A stretch of DNA of 32,000 bases from assembly GCF_900187275.1 (NCBI RefSeq), contig NZ_LT906458.1, positions 2,010,001 through 2,042,000 of the forward strand, in the 5' to 3' direction. The stretch is from Pasteurella multocida (GTDB lineage: Bacteria; Pseudomonadota; Gammaproteobacteria; Enterobacterales; Pasteurellaceae). Below the pieces are notes generated by a model that made no database searches, was not told where the DNA came from, and saw only the letters and a list, made by a program, of their open reading frames with translations. Both the position numbers and the translations under genes were made by a program. The stretch's first letter is position 1. Each line of letters opens with the position of its first letter. Shown piece by piece: positions 25,515 to 32,000 of this stretch.

Positions 25515-25592
25515 CCTGTGCGAGAGAATTTTCAAAGTGCGGTCGGTTTTTTTCAATGCTTTGATCGTACCTGTTTTCGGATTTTTTTATTG

Positions 25593-26729
25593 ATGATACT
25601 TGCTCAATCTTCTCCTCATGCCCCTTTTGCTCATGCCGTGTTAACTTGGTATGACAAATTTGGGCGTAAACATTTGCCTTGGCAACAGAATAAAACGTTA
25701 TACGGGGTTTGGTTGTCCGAAGTGATGTTACAACAAACTCAAGTGGCGACGGTGATTCCTTACTTTCAACGGTTTGTCGACAAATTTCCTAATATCTGTG
25801 CCTTGGCGAATGCACCATTAGATGAAGTGTTACATTTATGGACGGGGCTAGGTTACTATGCTCGTGCACGAAATTTACATAAAGCGGCACAAACCATTCG
25901 TGATCAATATGCGGGTAAGTTTCCGACCGATTTTGAACAGGTGTGGGCGCTGACGGGCGTGGGGAAAAGCACTGCCGGTGCTGTGCTTTCTTCTTGTTTA
26001 GACGCACCTTACCCGATTCTAGATGGTAATGTGAAACGCGTGCTTTCTCGTTATTTTGCGGTGTCTGGTTGGGCGGGCGAGAAAAAAGTCGAAGAACAGT
26101 TATGGCAATATAGTGCACAGGTTACGCCGACTGAACAGGTCGCCAATTTTAATCAGGCAATGATGGATCTCGGGGCAATGGTATGCACTCGAACAAAGCC
26201 TAAATGTGATCTCTGTCCTTTACGTCATCATTGCCAAGCATATTTACAACAAAACTGGCAGGCTTATCCGGGCAAAAAACCAAAAAAAGTCCTGCCAGAA
26301 AGAGAAAGTTATTTTTTGATTCTAAATGCCTATGGCAAAGTTGCGTTGGAGCAACGTGAAAATAACGGGCTTTGGGGCGGGCTCTATTGTTTTCCTCAGT
26401 TTGAAAGTAAAGCAGCGCTGTTGGCATTTTTAGCGGCACAAGGGATTGGTTATTATCAAGAATGGACCGCATTTCGTCATACGTTTAGTCATTTCCATTT
26501 AGATATTTACCCTATTTATGTTGAGTTGCAACGGTCGCAACTCGATCAAAATCGCACCGATTGGAAAAAAGTCTCAGAAAAGACCGAACAGAGTGAATCA
26601 ACTGTATTCAGTGCGGTCAAATATTGGTATGATCCACAAAATCCAGAACAAATTGGACTGGCAACACCAGTAAAGAATTTATTAACACAATTTATAAGGA
26701 ATTATTATGGCGAGAACCGTATTCTGTGA
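25593..26729 (+). CDS. mutY: A/G-specific adenine DNA glycosylase
   Basis: 378 aa from ATG 25593 (the track start is a GTG extension). HhH-GPD region, Fe-S cluster cysteines C-x6-C-x2-C-x5-C ([17 protein letters not shown]), and a NUDIX-like C-terminal domain. Confidence 0.93.
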   Translation: MILAQSSPHAPFAHAVLTWYDKFGRKHLPWQQNKTLYGVWLSEVMLQQTQVATVIPYFQRFVDKFPNICALANAPLDEVLHLWTGLGYYARARNLHKAAQTIRDQYAGKFPTDFEQVWALTGVGKSTAGAVLSSCLDAPYPILDGNVKRVLSRYFAVSGWAGEKKVEEQLWQYSAQVTPTEQVANFNQAMMDLGAMVCTRTKPKCDLCPLRHHCQAYLQQNWQAYPGKKPKKVLPERESYFLILNAYGKVALEQRENNGLWGGLYCFPQFESKAALLAFLAAQGIGYYQEWTAFRHTFSHFHLDIYPIYVELQRSQLDQNRTDWKKVSEKTEQSESTVFSAVKYWYDPQNPEQIGLATPVKNLLTQFIRNYYGENRIL

Positions 26730-26979
26730 ATACCTTAAACAAGAATCTGAAGGCTTGGACTTTCAGCTGTATCCAGGCGAGTTGGGTAAGCGTATTTTTG
26801 ACTCAATCAGCAAACAAGCATGGAGTGAATGGATGAAAAAACAAACTATGCTGGTGAATGAGAAGAAGTTAAACATGATGAATGCGGATCATAGACAACT
26901 ACTTGAGCAAGAAATGGTTAATTTCTTGTTTGAAGGTAAAGATGTTCACATTGAAGGTTATGTTCCCCCAACGGAATAA
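26707..26979 (+). CDS. yggX: Fe(2+)-trafficking protein YggX
   Basis: 90 aa, starting MARTVFC...L....[17 protein letters not shown]. Overlaps the mutY 3' end by 23 nt. Confidence 0.93.
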   Translation: MARTVFCEYLKQESEGLDFQLYPGELGKRIFDSISKQAWSEWMKKQTMLVNEKKLNMMNADHRQLLEQEMVNFLFEGKDVHIEGYVPPTE

Positions 26980-28062
26980 ATGAAGATGAAGAAGTACATA
27001 ATTTACGCATTAATCCCTTTTTTATTTGCTTGTGGTGGGACGAAAACACACCGCAGTTCGCAATTTGATGAAGCATTCGCCAAAGATACTCGTGGATTAG
27101 ATATTTTAACAGGGCAGTTTTCGCATAATATCGATCGTATTTGGGGGGTGAATGAATTACTCGTTGCGAGCCGTAAAGACTATGTAAAATATACCGATCG
27201 TTTCTATACGCGTAGCCATGTCAGTTTTGATGAAGGGTTGATTACGGTTGAAACACAAAGCGATTTACGTCACTTACAAAATGCGATTGTGCATATTTTA
27301 TTAATGGGGTCTGATGCAAATGGTATCGATCTGTTTGCTTCGGGTGATGTGCCGATTAGCTCGCGTCCTTTTTTAGTGGGGCAAGTGATCGATCATTTAG
27401 GGGGATCTATTACTAACACCACAACAGCAGGTAACTTTGCGAATTATTTATTACAGAATAAATTGCAAACGCGTCGTTTAAGTAATGGACATACTGTACA
27501 GTATGTGGTGATCCCGATGATTGCCAACCACGTTGCTGTGCGTGCACAAAAATATTTACCGTTGGTGCGTAAAATGGCACGTCGTTACAATATGGATGAA
27601 AGTTTGATTTTAGGCATCATGCAAACAGAATCCAGTTTTAACCCTTACGCGATTAGTTATGCTAATGCGATTGGTTTAATGCAAGTTGTGCCAACAACCG
27701 CTGGACGTGATATTTTCAAAATGAAAGGAAAAGGGGGACAGCCGTCCAAATCCTATTTATTTGATCCTGAAAAGAATATCGATGCGGGGACCTCGTACTT
27801 ATGGCTATTACAAAATAAATATTTAGACGGGATTACTAATCCAACCTCTAAACGTTTTGCCATGATTTCTGCTTACAATAGTGGTGCAGGCGCGGTTTTA
27901 CGTGTTTTTGACCAAGATCGTGATGCGGCGATTGCGAAGATCAATAGCCTTTATCCTGAACAGGTTTATCGGATTTTGACGACTCAACATCCATCTGCGC
28001 AAGCAAGAAATTACTTACTTAAAGTGGATCAAGCACAGAAAAGTTATCGCGTAAGACGATAA
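26980..28062 (+). CDS. mltC: Membrane-bound lytic murein transglycosylase C (lipoprotein)
   Basis: Lipobox LFAC/GG. SLT catalytic region ...[23 protein letters not shown]... and AYNSGAGAV. The start codon directly abuts the yggX stop. Confidence 0.92.
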   Translation: MKMKKYIIYALIPFLFACGGTKTHRSSQFDEAFAKDTRGLDILTGQFSHNIDRIWGVNELLVASRKDYVKYTDRFYTRSHVSFDEGLITVETQSDLRHLQNAIVHILLMGSDANGIDLFASGDVPISSRPFLVGQVIDHLGGSITNTTTAGNFANYLLQNKLQTRRLSNGHTVQYVVIPMIANHVAVRAQKYLPLVRKMARRYNMDESLILGIMQTESSFNPYAISYANAIGLMQVVPTTAGRDIFKMKGKGGQPSKSYLFDPEKNIDAGTSYLWLLQNKYLDGITNPTSKRFAMISAYNSGAGAVLRVFDQDRDAAIAKINSLYPEQVYRILTTQHPSAQARNYLLKVDQAQKSYRVRR

Positions 28063-28077
28063 TTAATAAGTAAGGTG

Positions 28078-28120
28078 AAAAAATGCTCGCTTTATTCCAA
28101 AGAATAGCGAGCATTTTGTT
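28078..28120 (+). terminator. Rho-independent terminator after mltC
   Basis: Stem aatgctcgct (28082-28091) pairs with agcgagcatt (28106-28115), followed by a T-rich tail. Confidence 0.7.
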
Positions 28121-28233
28121 ATTTATTTTTAATGAAAAAACATAAAAAATGTATGAAATTGTGTTATTTCTATGCTTTTCGTTTGTTAAATATCCAACTG
28201 AATAAAAAAAATGAGTTTTTTTGAATTTAGGTG

Positions 28234-28262
28234 TTGACTTAACCCAGAAAAAAACGTTTAAT
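28234..28262 (+). promoter_or_regulatory. Sigma70 promoter of the tRNA operon, with an AT-rich UP-like region upstream
   Basis: TTGACT, a 17-nt spacer, then TTTAAT. A GC-rich discriminator-like acgcacc follows. The A/T tracts at 28196-28230 resemble an UP element. Confidence 0.6.
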
Positions 28263-28280
28263 ACGCACCACTGATGAGTT

Positions 28281-28356
28281 GCCTCGATAGCTCAGTCGGT
28301 AGAGCAGGGGATTGAAAATCCCCGTGTCGGTGGTTCGATTCCGCCTCGAGGCACCA
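28281..28356 (+). tRNA. tRNA-Phe (anticodon GAA)
   Basis: 76 nt. Acceptor stem GCCTCGA/TCGAGGC, anticodon loop aTTGAAAAt, T-loop GGTTCGATTCC, encoded CCA. Near-identical to E. coli tRNA-Phe. Confidence 0.97.
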
Positions 28357-28360
28357 CGAT

Positions 28361-28436
28361 TCCTCCTTAGTTCAGTCGGTAGAACGGCGGACTGTTAATC
28401 CGTATGTCGCTGGTTCAAGTCCAGCAGGAGGAGCCA
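28361..28436 (+). tRNA. tRNA-Asn (anticodon GTT)
   Basis: 76 nt. Acceptor stem TCCTCCT/AGGAGGA, anticodon loop CTGTTAA, encoded CCA. Lies only 4 nt after tRNA-Phe. Confidence 0.97.
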
Positions 28437-28444
28437 AATTCTTA

Positions 28445-28473
28445 AAACCCGCTAATTTATTAGCGGGTTTTTT
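28445..28473 (+). terminator. Rho-independent terminator of the tRNA operon
   Basis: Stem aaacccgcta pairs with tagcgggttt across a 6-nt loop, with a T-run to 28473. Confidence 0.85.
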
Positions 28474-28626
28474 CATTCCTGCATTTAACCTATTTCGTTG
28501 TTGATTTTCCGCGATATTGCCATGTTGTTACCAAAAAACGTTGTTGCTTTTGGTGGAGAGAATGTATGCTCGGTTTCGCTTTTGCTAGATTGGTTATTCA
28601 GGAGTAGAGCAAGTTCTTTTTGCTTG

Positions 28627-29457
28627 TTAAGTAACAAAGCTTATTGTGACGACACGCGGGTCTAAATTGTGTTTTCCCCAGCGAGTAGCGTAAAGTAATC
28701 TTGTCCAGCAAGGATAGCGATCCCGACAGACATCGCTTATGTAATGGACTGAGCGTAATCTAATTGCCGCATGCCATGTTTCAAGCTCTTTGATCTCTTG
28801 TATCGTCCATGAAAATTCAGGGCGTTCTTGACTGTCTATTTTTTTGAGTGCATCGTGGTATTTACTACGACCGACTGCCATTGGGGGCACAATATCGAAA
28901 ATCATTGTGCTGTTAGGTAAGTTTTCAGCCACCGAGGCAATAAACTGTTTGACTTGTTCTTTAGGAAAAAACATCAATACGCCTTCAAGAATTAATAAAA
29001 CGGGTTTGTTATGTTGACTAACCGTTTTCATCCAATCTGTATTGAAAAGTGAGTCAGCCAAATAATGATTACTCGTTTCTGGTAAAAGTTGGCGACGTAT
29101 ATTGATGACTTCAGGTAAGTCTAAATCATACCACGCACTGACTTGTGGTTTGCCTAAGCGTTCAAAGCGTGCATCTAAGCCTGCACCAAGCTGCACAACA
29201 ACCGCGTCTTGGTGCTGTGAAAGAAATTTTAAGCTTTCTTGATCAAATAATTTTGCGCGTCCACAACATCCTACTTGTGATAAATGAGCAGATTCAAACT
29301 TTTGAAAGTCATAGTCAATCTGTTTTTTCATTCTTACTGCTTCGCGATCTTTCAGTAATGGATTGGCTTTATCATATTCAACTGCTTTTGCCCAAAGAGT
29401 GATTAATAAAGTAGAAGAAAGCGCAGATATCTTATTGGGTGAAATTTTGTCAGACAT
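28627..29457 (-). CDS. Class I SAM-dependent O-methyltransferase of the TcmP / leucine carboxyl methyltransferase (COG3315-like) family
   Basis: 276 aa with a strong SD (aggagg). N-terminal TLxxRA-type region (TLLITLWAKAVE) and SAM motif VVQLGAGLDARFERL. Monocistronic. Confidence 0.7.
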   Translation of the reverse strand: MSDKISPNKISALSSTLLITLWAKAVEYDKANPLLKDREAVRMKKQIDYDFQKFESAHLSQVGCCGRAKLFDQESLKFLSQHQDAVVVQLGAGLDARFERLGKPQVSAWYDLDLPEVINIRRQLLPETSNHYLADSLFNTDWMKTVSQHNKPVLLILEGVLMFFPKEQVKQFIASVAENLPNSTMIFDIVPPMAVGRSKYHDALKKIDSQERPEFSWTIQEIKELETWHAAIRLRSVHYISDVCRDRYPCWTRLLYATRWGKHNLDPRVVTISFVT

Positions 29458-29468
29458 AACACCTCCTA

Positions 29469-29487
29469 TTTAATGATAATAATTCTC
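29469..29487. promoter_or_regulatory. Fur-box candidate between the -10 hexamer and SD of the methyltransferase gene
   Basis: tttaatgataataattctc is a 15/19 match to GATAATGATAATCATTATC. Confidence 0.5.
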
Positions 29488-29500
29488 AAATAATCAAGAT

Positions 29501-29529
29501 ATCATAGAAAAAGGTGAAATCGTATTCAA
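29501..29529 (-). promoter_or_regulatory. Candidate sigma70 promoter of the methyltransferase gene
   Basis: The - strand reads TTGAAT (29524-29529), a 17-nt spacer, then TATGAT (29501-29506). Confidence 0.5.
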
Positions 29530-29564
29530 TACTTTTATTGAAGGAGTAAAAAGACTCAGAATGA

Positions 29565-29601
29565 AAAATCGATTCTCGCAACCAGGACCAGAATCGATTT
29601 T
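29565..29601 (-). terminator. Rho-independent terminator of yajG
   Basis: 12-bp stem: aaaatcgattct pairs with agaatcgatttt. A T-rich tail follows on the - strand. Confidence 0.75.
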
Positions 29602-29619
29602 AGGGAGGAAATAGTGAAT

Positions 29620-30213
29620 TTATGGGGTTGCTAAGGTCGTAATCGCATTCGCCACTTCACGATCCTGATAAATTGATCGCACGACTTCATTAAAGGTTTC
29701 GCCTAACACACGCTGAATTTCTGGGTTTTTCGCGGAAAATGCACCGGAATAAGTGCGACTGGCATTAATATTTTTACTAAAATGTCCTTTTGCACTTTGA
29801 GCATGTACAGTCACTTGTACTTTACTATCTAAGTTATAGCGTAAATTTCCTTGCTCTACATTGGCGTAAAATTGATTCACGTCCACGGTGACAGACACAT
29901 TAGCATTTTGTGCATGACCAATACGGAATCCTTTACTGATTAAATCCTGTTGTTGGACTTGTTGAAATAACTCACTGACACTCGGCATGGCAGACAGTTT
30001 AACTAATCGACCGTCAGCCACATAACTCGATACCTCACTTTGTGGACGGCTATCGCGTACAGTGACAAACACGACCGCACTTTGATTGACTGCCATCGAC
30101 GCAACCGGTGCGGGTGGGGTGAAGGTTAAAGTAGAAGGCTGTGTTTGGCAACCTGCGAATAACAGACTTCCTGCGAGAATCGTAAGAAGAGAAAGAGTGT
30201 GGTGTCGTTTCAT
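29620..30213 (-). CDS. yajG: YajG-family outer-membrane lipoprotein
   Basis: 197 aa from ATG 30213. Lipobox LFAGC. The size and the divergent bolA neighbour match E. coli yajG. Confidence 0.75.
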   Translation of the reverse strand: MKRHHTLSLLTILAGSLLFAGCQTQPSTLTFTPPAPVASMAVNQSAVVFVTVRDSRPQSEVSSYVADGRLVKLSAMPSVSELFQQVQQQDLISKGFRIGHAQNANVSVTVDVNQFYANVEQGNLRYNLDSKVQVTVHAQSAKGHFSKNINASRTYSGAFSAKNPEIQRVLGETFNEVVRSIYQDREVANAITTLATP

Positions 30214-30349
30214 AATGTCCTCATAAAATAAACGGTAGCTGCCCTTTGGGGACAGCAAAGGAGAAAAGTGGATAGATATTATTCTTGCAAAGTTAATGAG
30301 GAATGTATAGCCTTTATACCCTAAATTTATTGAAATGGTGAGGAACAAG

Positions 30350-30661
30350 ATGTCAAAACAACAAGAATTGATTACACGCTTAACGGAAGCATTTGAGCCA
30401 CATTTTTTGGTCGTAGAAAATGAAAGCCACATGCATAGTTCAGGACGCGGCGCAAATTCTCATTTTAAGATTGTGTTAGTCAGTGAACATTTCGATGGGT
30501 TAAGCAAAGTTGCTCGCCACCGTCAACTTTATCAATTTTTGGCAGATGACTTAGCACAAGGTATCCATGCTTTAGCATTACATCTTTATACCAAAGAGGA
30601 ATGGAACCACCGAGAAGAAAGCATGCCGAAATCGACGAATTGTGTCGGGATTGGACACTAA
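30350..30661 (+). CDS. bolA: BolA-family transcriptional regulator / Fe-S assembly factor
   Basis: 103 aa from ATG 30350 (SD gagga). BolA motifs VENESHMH, SHFKIVLVS..F.G and RHR. Confidence 0.88.
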   Translation: MSKQQELITRLTEAFEPHFLVVENESHMHSSGRGANSHFKIVLVSEHFDGLSKVARHRQLYQFLADDLAQGIHALALHLYTKEEWNHREESMPKSTNCVGIGH

Positions 30662-30673
30662 TTTCAAGCAATC

Positions 30674-30716
30674 AAAAACCGCACTTTCAGTATAGATGAA
30701 AAGTGCGGTGTTTTTG
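30674..30716. terminator. Bidirectional terminator built from an inverted USS pair
   Basis: ACCGCACTTT (30678-30687) pairs with AAAGTGCGGT (30700-30709) across a 12-nt loop. An A-run precedes it and a T-run follows. It lies between convergent bolA and the sugar-binding protein gene. Confidence 0.8.
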
Positions 30717-30730
30717 GTAGAACAAGTTAT

Positions 30731-31675
30731 TTAATATTCTTGTGCTTTCTGTTTATCAACGACTACCGGATCAACGTAATAAAAATCAGGCAGTTCCTGT
30801 TTGTTTAATTTTTTCAAAATACTTTCGATAGCCACGGCAACTTGTTTTTTCGGGAGCTGGTCGATGGTATTTTGCATTTTACCTTTTTTCACGTATTCAA
30901 TCGCAAGGGGAATACCGTCGTAACCTGAAACAAGGACTTTTCCTGCTAATCCGGCATTTTCAATCGCGGTGACTGCACCCAGTGCCATATTATCGTTCGC
31001 CGCAAAAATCCCTTTGATATTCGGATGTGCGGTTAAAATATTGGTTGTGACATTAAGTGCTTGTTCTGTTTCCCAGTTTGCAGACTGAGAAGCGACAACT
31101 TTGATATTTGGTGATTCAGAAAATGCTTTGAGCGCACCTGCTTTACGTTGTTCGCCATTATCCACACCAGGAATCCCTTCTAAAATAGCAACATCCCCCA
31201 TTTCGTTTAAGGCTTGTGCTAGATTTTTAGCCGCCAAATAACCACCATGGAAGTTATCGACACCAACGTAATTAAATTTTAACCCAGCTTTCTTCGTTGC
31301 TTTTTCATCTAAACGAACATCGAGATCGATAATCGGAATCCCGGCTTTTTCAGCTTTTTGAAATGCCGGAATAAAGGCGATAGAATCATTTGGGGTAACA
31401 ATGATGCCATCCACTTTTTTGGCAATCATGTTTTCGACTAGACCCACAAGCTGTTCTGTTGAATCTTCCTTTTCTGCAACTTGTACAATTAAATCAATAT
31501 TTACCTCTTTTGCTTTTTCTTCCGCTCCTTGTCGCATTGTAATGAAATATTCATTACTTAATGTTTTCATGAGTAAGGCAATTTGAGGTTTTTCTGCAGC
31601 TAGCGTAGTACCGGATAGGGCGATGAGTAAGGCGCTTGCCGTGATCGTTTTCTTCAAAAATGTTGACATCATCAT
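30731..31675 (-). CDS. Periplasmic monosaccharide-binding protein (RbsB/AlsB family)
   Basis: 314 aa with signal peptide ...LSGTTLA/AEK. Colinear by eye with E. coli AlsB (KTLSNEYF vs KTLSNPFW, and LDxxxD...KKAG). Confidence 0.85.
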   Translation of the reverse strand: MMMSTFLKKTITASALLIALSGTTLAAEKPQIALLMKTLSNEYFITMRQGAEEKAKEVNIDLIVQVAEKEDSTEQLVGLVENMIAKKVDGIIVTPNDSIAFIPAFQKAEKAGIPIIDLDVRLDEKATKKAGLKFNYVGVDNFHGGYLAAKNLAQALNEMGDVAILEGIPGVDNGEQRKAGALKAFSESPNIKVVASQSANWETEQALNVTTNILTAHPNIKGIFAANDNMALGAVTAIENAGLAGKVLVSGYDGIPLAIEYVKKGKMQNTIDQLPKKQVAVAIESILKKLNKQELPDFYYVDPVVVDKQKAQEY

Positions 31676-31735
31676 CTCTCTCCTCTCAGCGTTAAATAAG
31701 GAAACTTTAGTATAGACAGATTAAAATGATCAAAC

Positions 31736-31751
31736 TGTGATGTCATTCACA
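31736..31751. promoter_or_regulatory. CRP binding site in the divergent promoter region
   Basis: TGTGA-tgtcat-TCACA, a perfect match to both consensus half-sites with the 6-nt spacer. Confidence 0.75.
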
Positions 31752-31816
31752 TTTTTTAGACAGGGTTTAAATTATGCTATGGGTGGGAATACCTGTAAAG
31801 AATGTGGATTGACGTT

Positions 31817-32000
31817 ATGACGCAGAGAGATTGTATTTTAAAGTTAAAAAATATCGGCAAAAGCTTTTTTGATGTACTGGTATTGAAAAACGTGGATCTT
31901 GATATTTATGCGGGTGAGGTTCACTGTTTAGTGGGTGAAAATGGCGCAGGAAAATCTACATTATGTAAAATAATTGCAGGTATTTATCCATTTGAGCAGG
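31817..32000 (+). CDS. Sugar ABC transporter ATP-binding protein (RbsA/AlsA-like), 5' partial at the window edge
   Basis: My own translation is [61 protein letters not shown], with Walker [10 protein letters not shown]. The frame is still open at the window end. An alternative ATG lies at 31802. Confidence 0.8.
   Translation, partial: MTQRDCILKLKNIGKSFFDVLVLKNVDLDIYAGEVHCLVGENGAGKSTLCKIIAGIYPFEQ

Noticed and set aside
28132-28224. 30-aa basic/hydrophobic mini-ORF (MKKHKKCMKLCYFYAFRLLNIQLNKKNEFF) upstream of the tRNA promoter
   Set aside because: It has no SD and lies in the A/T-tract region that more plausibly serves as the UP element of the tRNA promoter.
28437-29620. Genomic island integrated at tRNA-Asn
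   Set aside because: I saw no integrase, no mobility gene and no direct repeat of the tRNA-Asn 3' end by eye. The insert is a single gene, so only a weak hint remains, recorded under findings.
1-32000. CRISPR arrays, IS elements, tandem tetranucleotide phase-variation repeats, toxin-antitoxin pairs, or defence-system gene sets
   Set aside because: I saw no regularly spaced direct repeats, no transposase or Cas-like ORFs, and no simple-sequence tracts beyond short homopolymers and one (GT)4 at about 23563. No small gene pairs of the expected type are present either.

Overview
This is an AT-rich gammaproteobacterial chromosome segment, almost certainly Pasteurellaceae. I found at least 15 perfect Haemophilus-type uptake signal cores (AAGTGCGGT/ACCGCACTT), and two inverted pairs of them form intergenic hairpins.

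Gene order, left to right:
- DcuC-family transporter plus M20D amidohydrolase (+)
- A 1276-aa autotransporter (-)
- A small membrane protein plus a TonB-dependent receptor, as one operon (-)
- A fused ABC exporter (-)
- An LPS inner-core cluster: opsX-like heptosyltransferase, kdkA, coaD, waaA, lgtF-like GT2
- A BtuCD/FecCD/MolBC-type importer (binding protein, permease, ATPase) with a translationally coupled class I SAM methyltransferase (+)
- tpiA (-)
- GNAT (+)
- yggU, yggT, corA, yggL, trmB (-)
- Cytochrome b561-like gene, mutY, yggX, mltC (+)
- tRNA-Phe and tRNA-Asn (+)
- An orphan TcmP/LCM-type methyltransferase (-)
- yajG (-) and bolA (+)
- A divergent sugar ABC locus (RbsB/AlsB-like binding protein, partial ATPase) sharing a perfect CRP box

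Most of the window is conserved housekeeping synteny. I saw no CRISPR array, IS element, integrase or phage gene.

The parts that are not ordinary:
1. The autotransporter passenger is built from two diverged tandem modules of seven HAF-like repeats each. That suggests two propellers rather than a beta-helix. It has exactly four cysteines, in two equivalent C-x10-C loops.
2. The type II ABC importer has an overlapping methyltransferase gene as its fourth cistron.
3. A tRNA-adjacent methyltransferase has its own promoter and a 15/19 Fur-box match.
4. A 158-aa membrane protein is coupled to the TonB-dependent receptor behind a weaker Fur-like box.
5. An unexplained ~350-bp spacer lies upstream of corA.

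All functional calls rest on motif recognition by eye. No database search was run.
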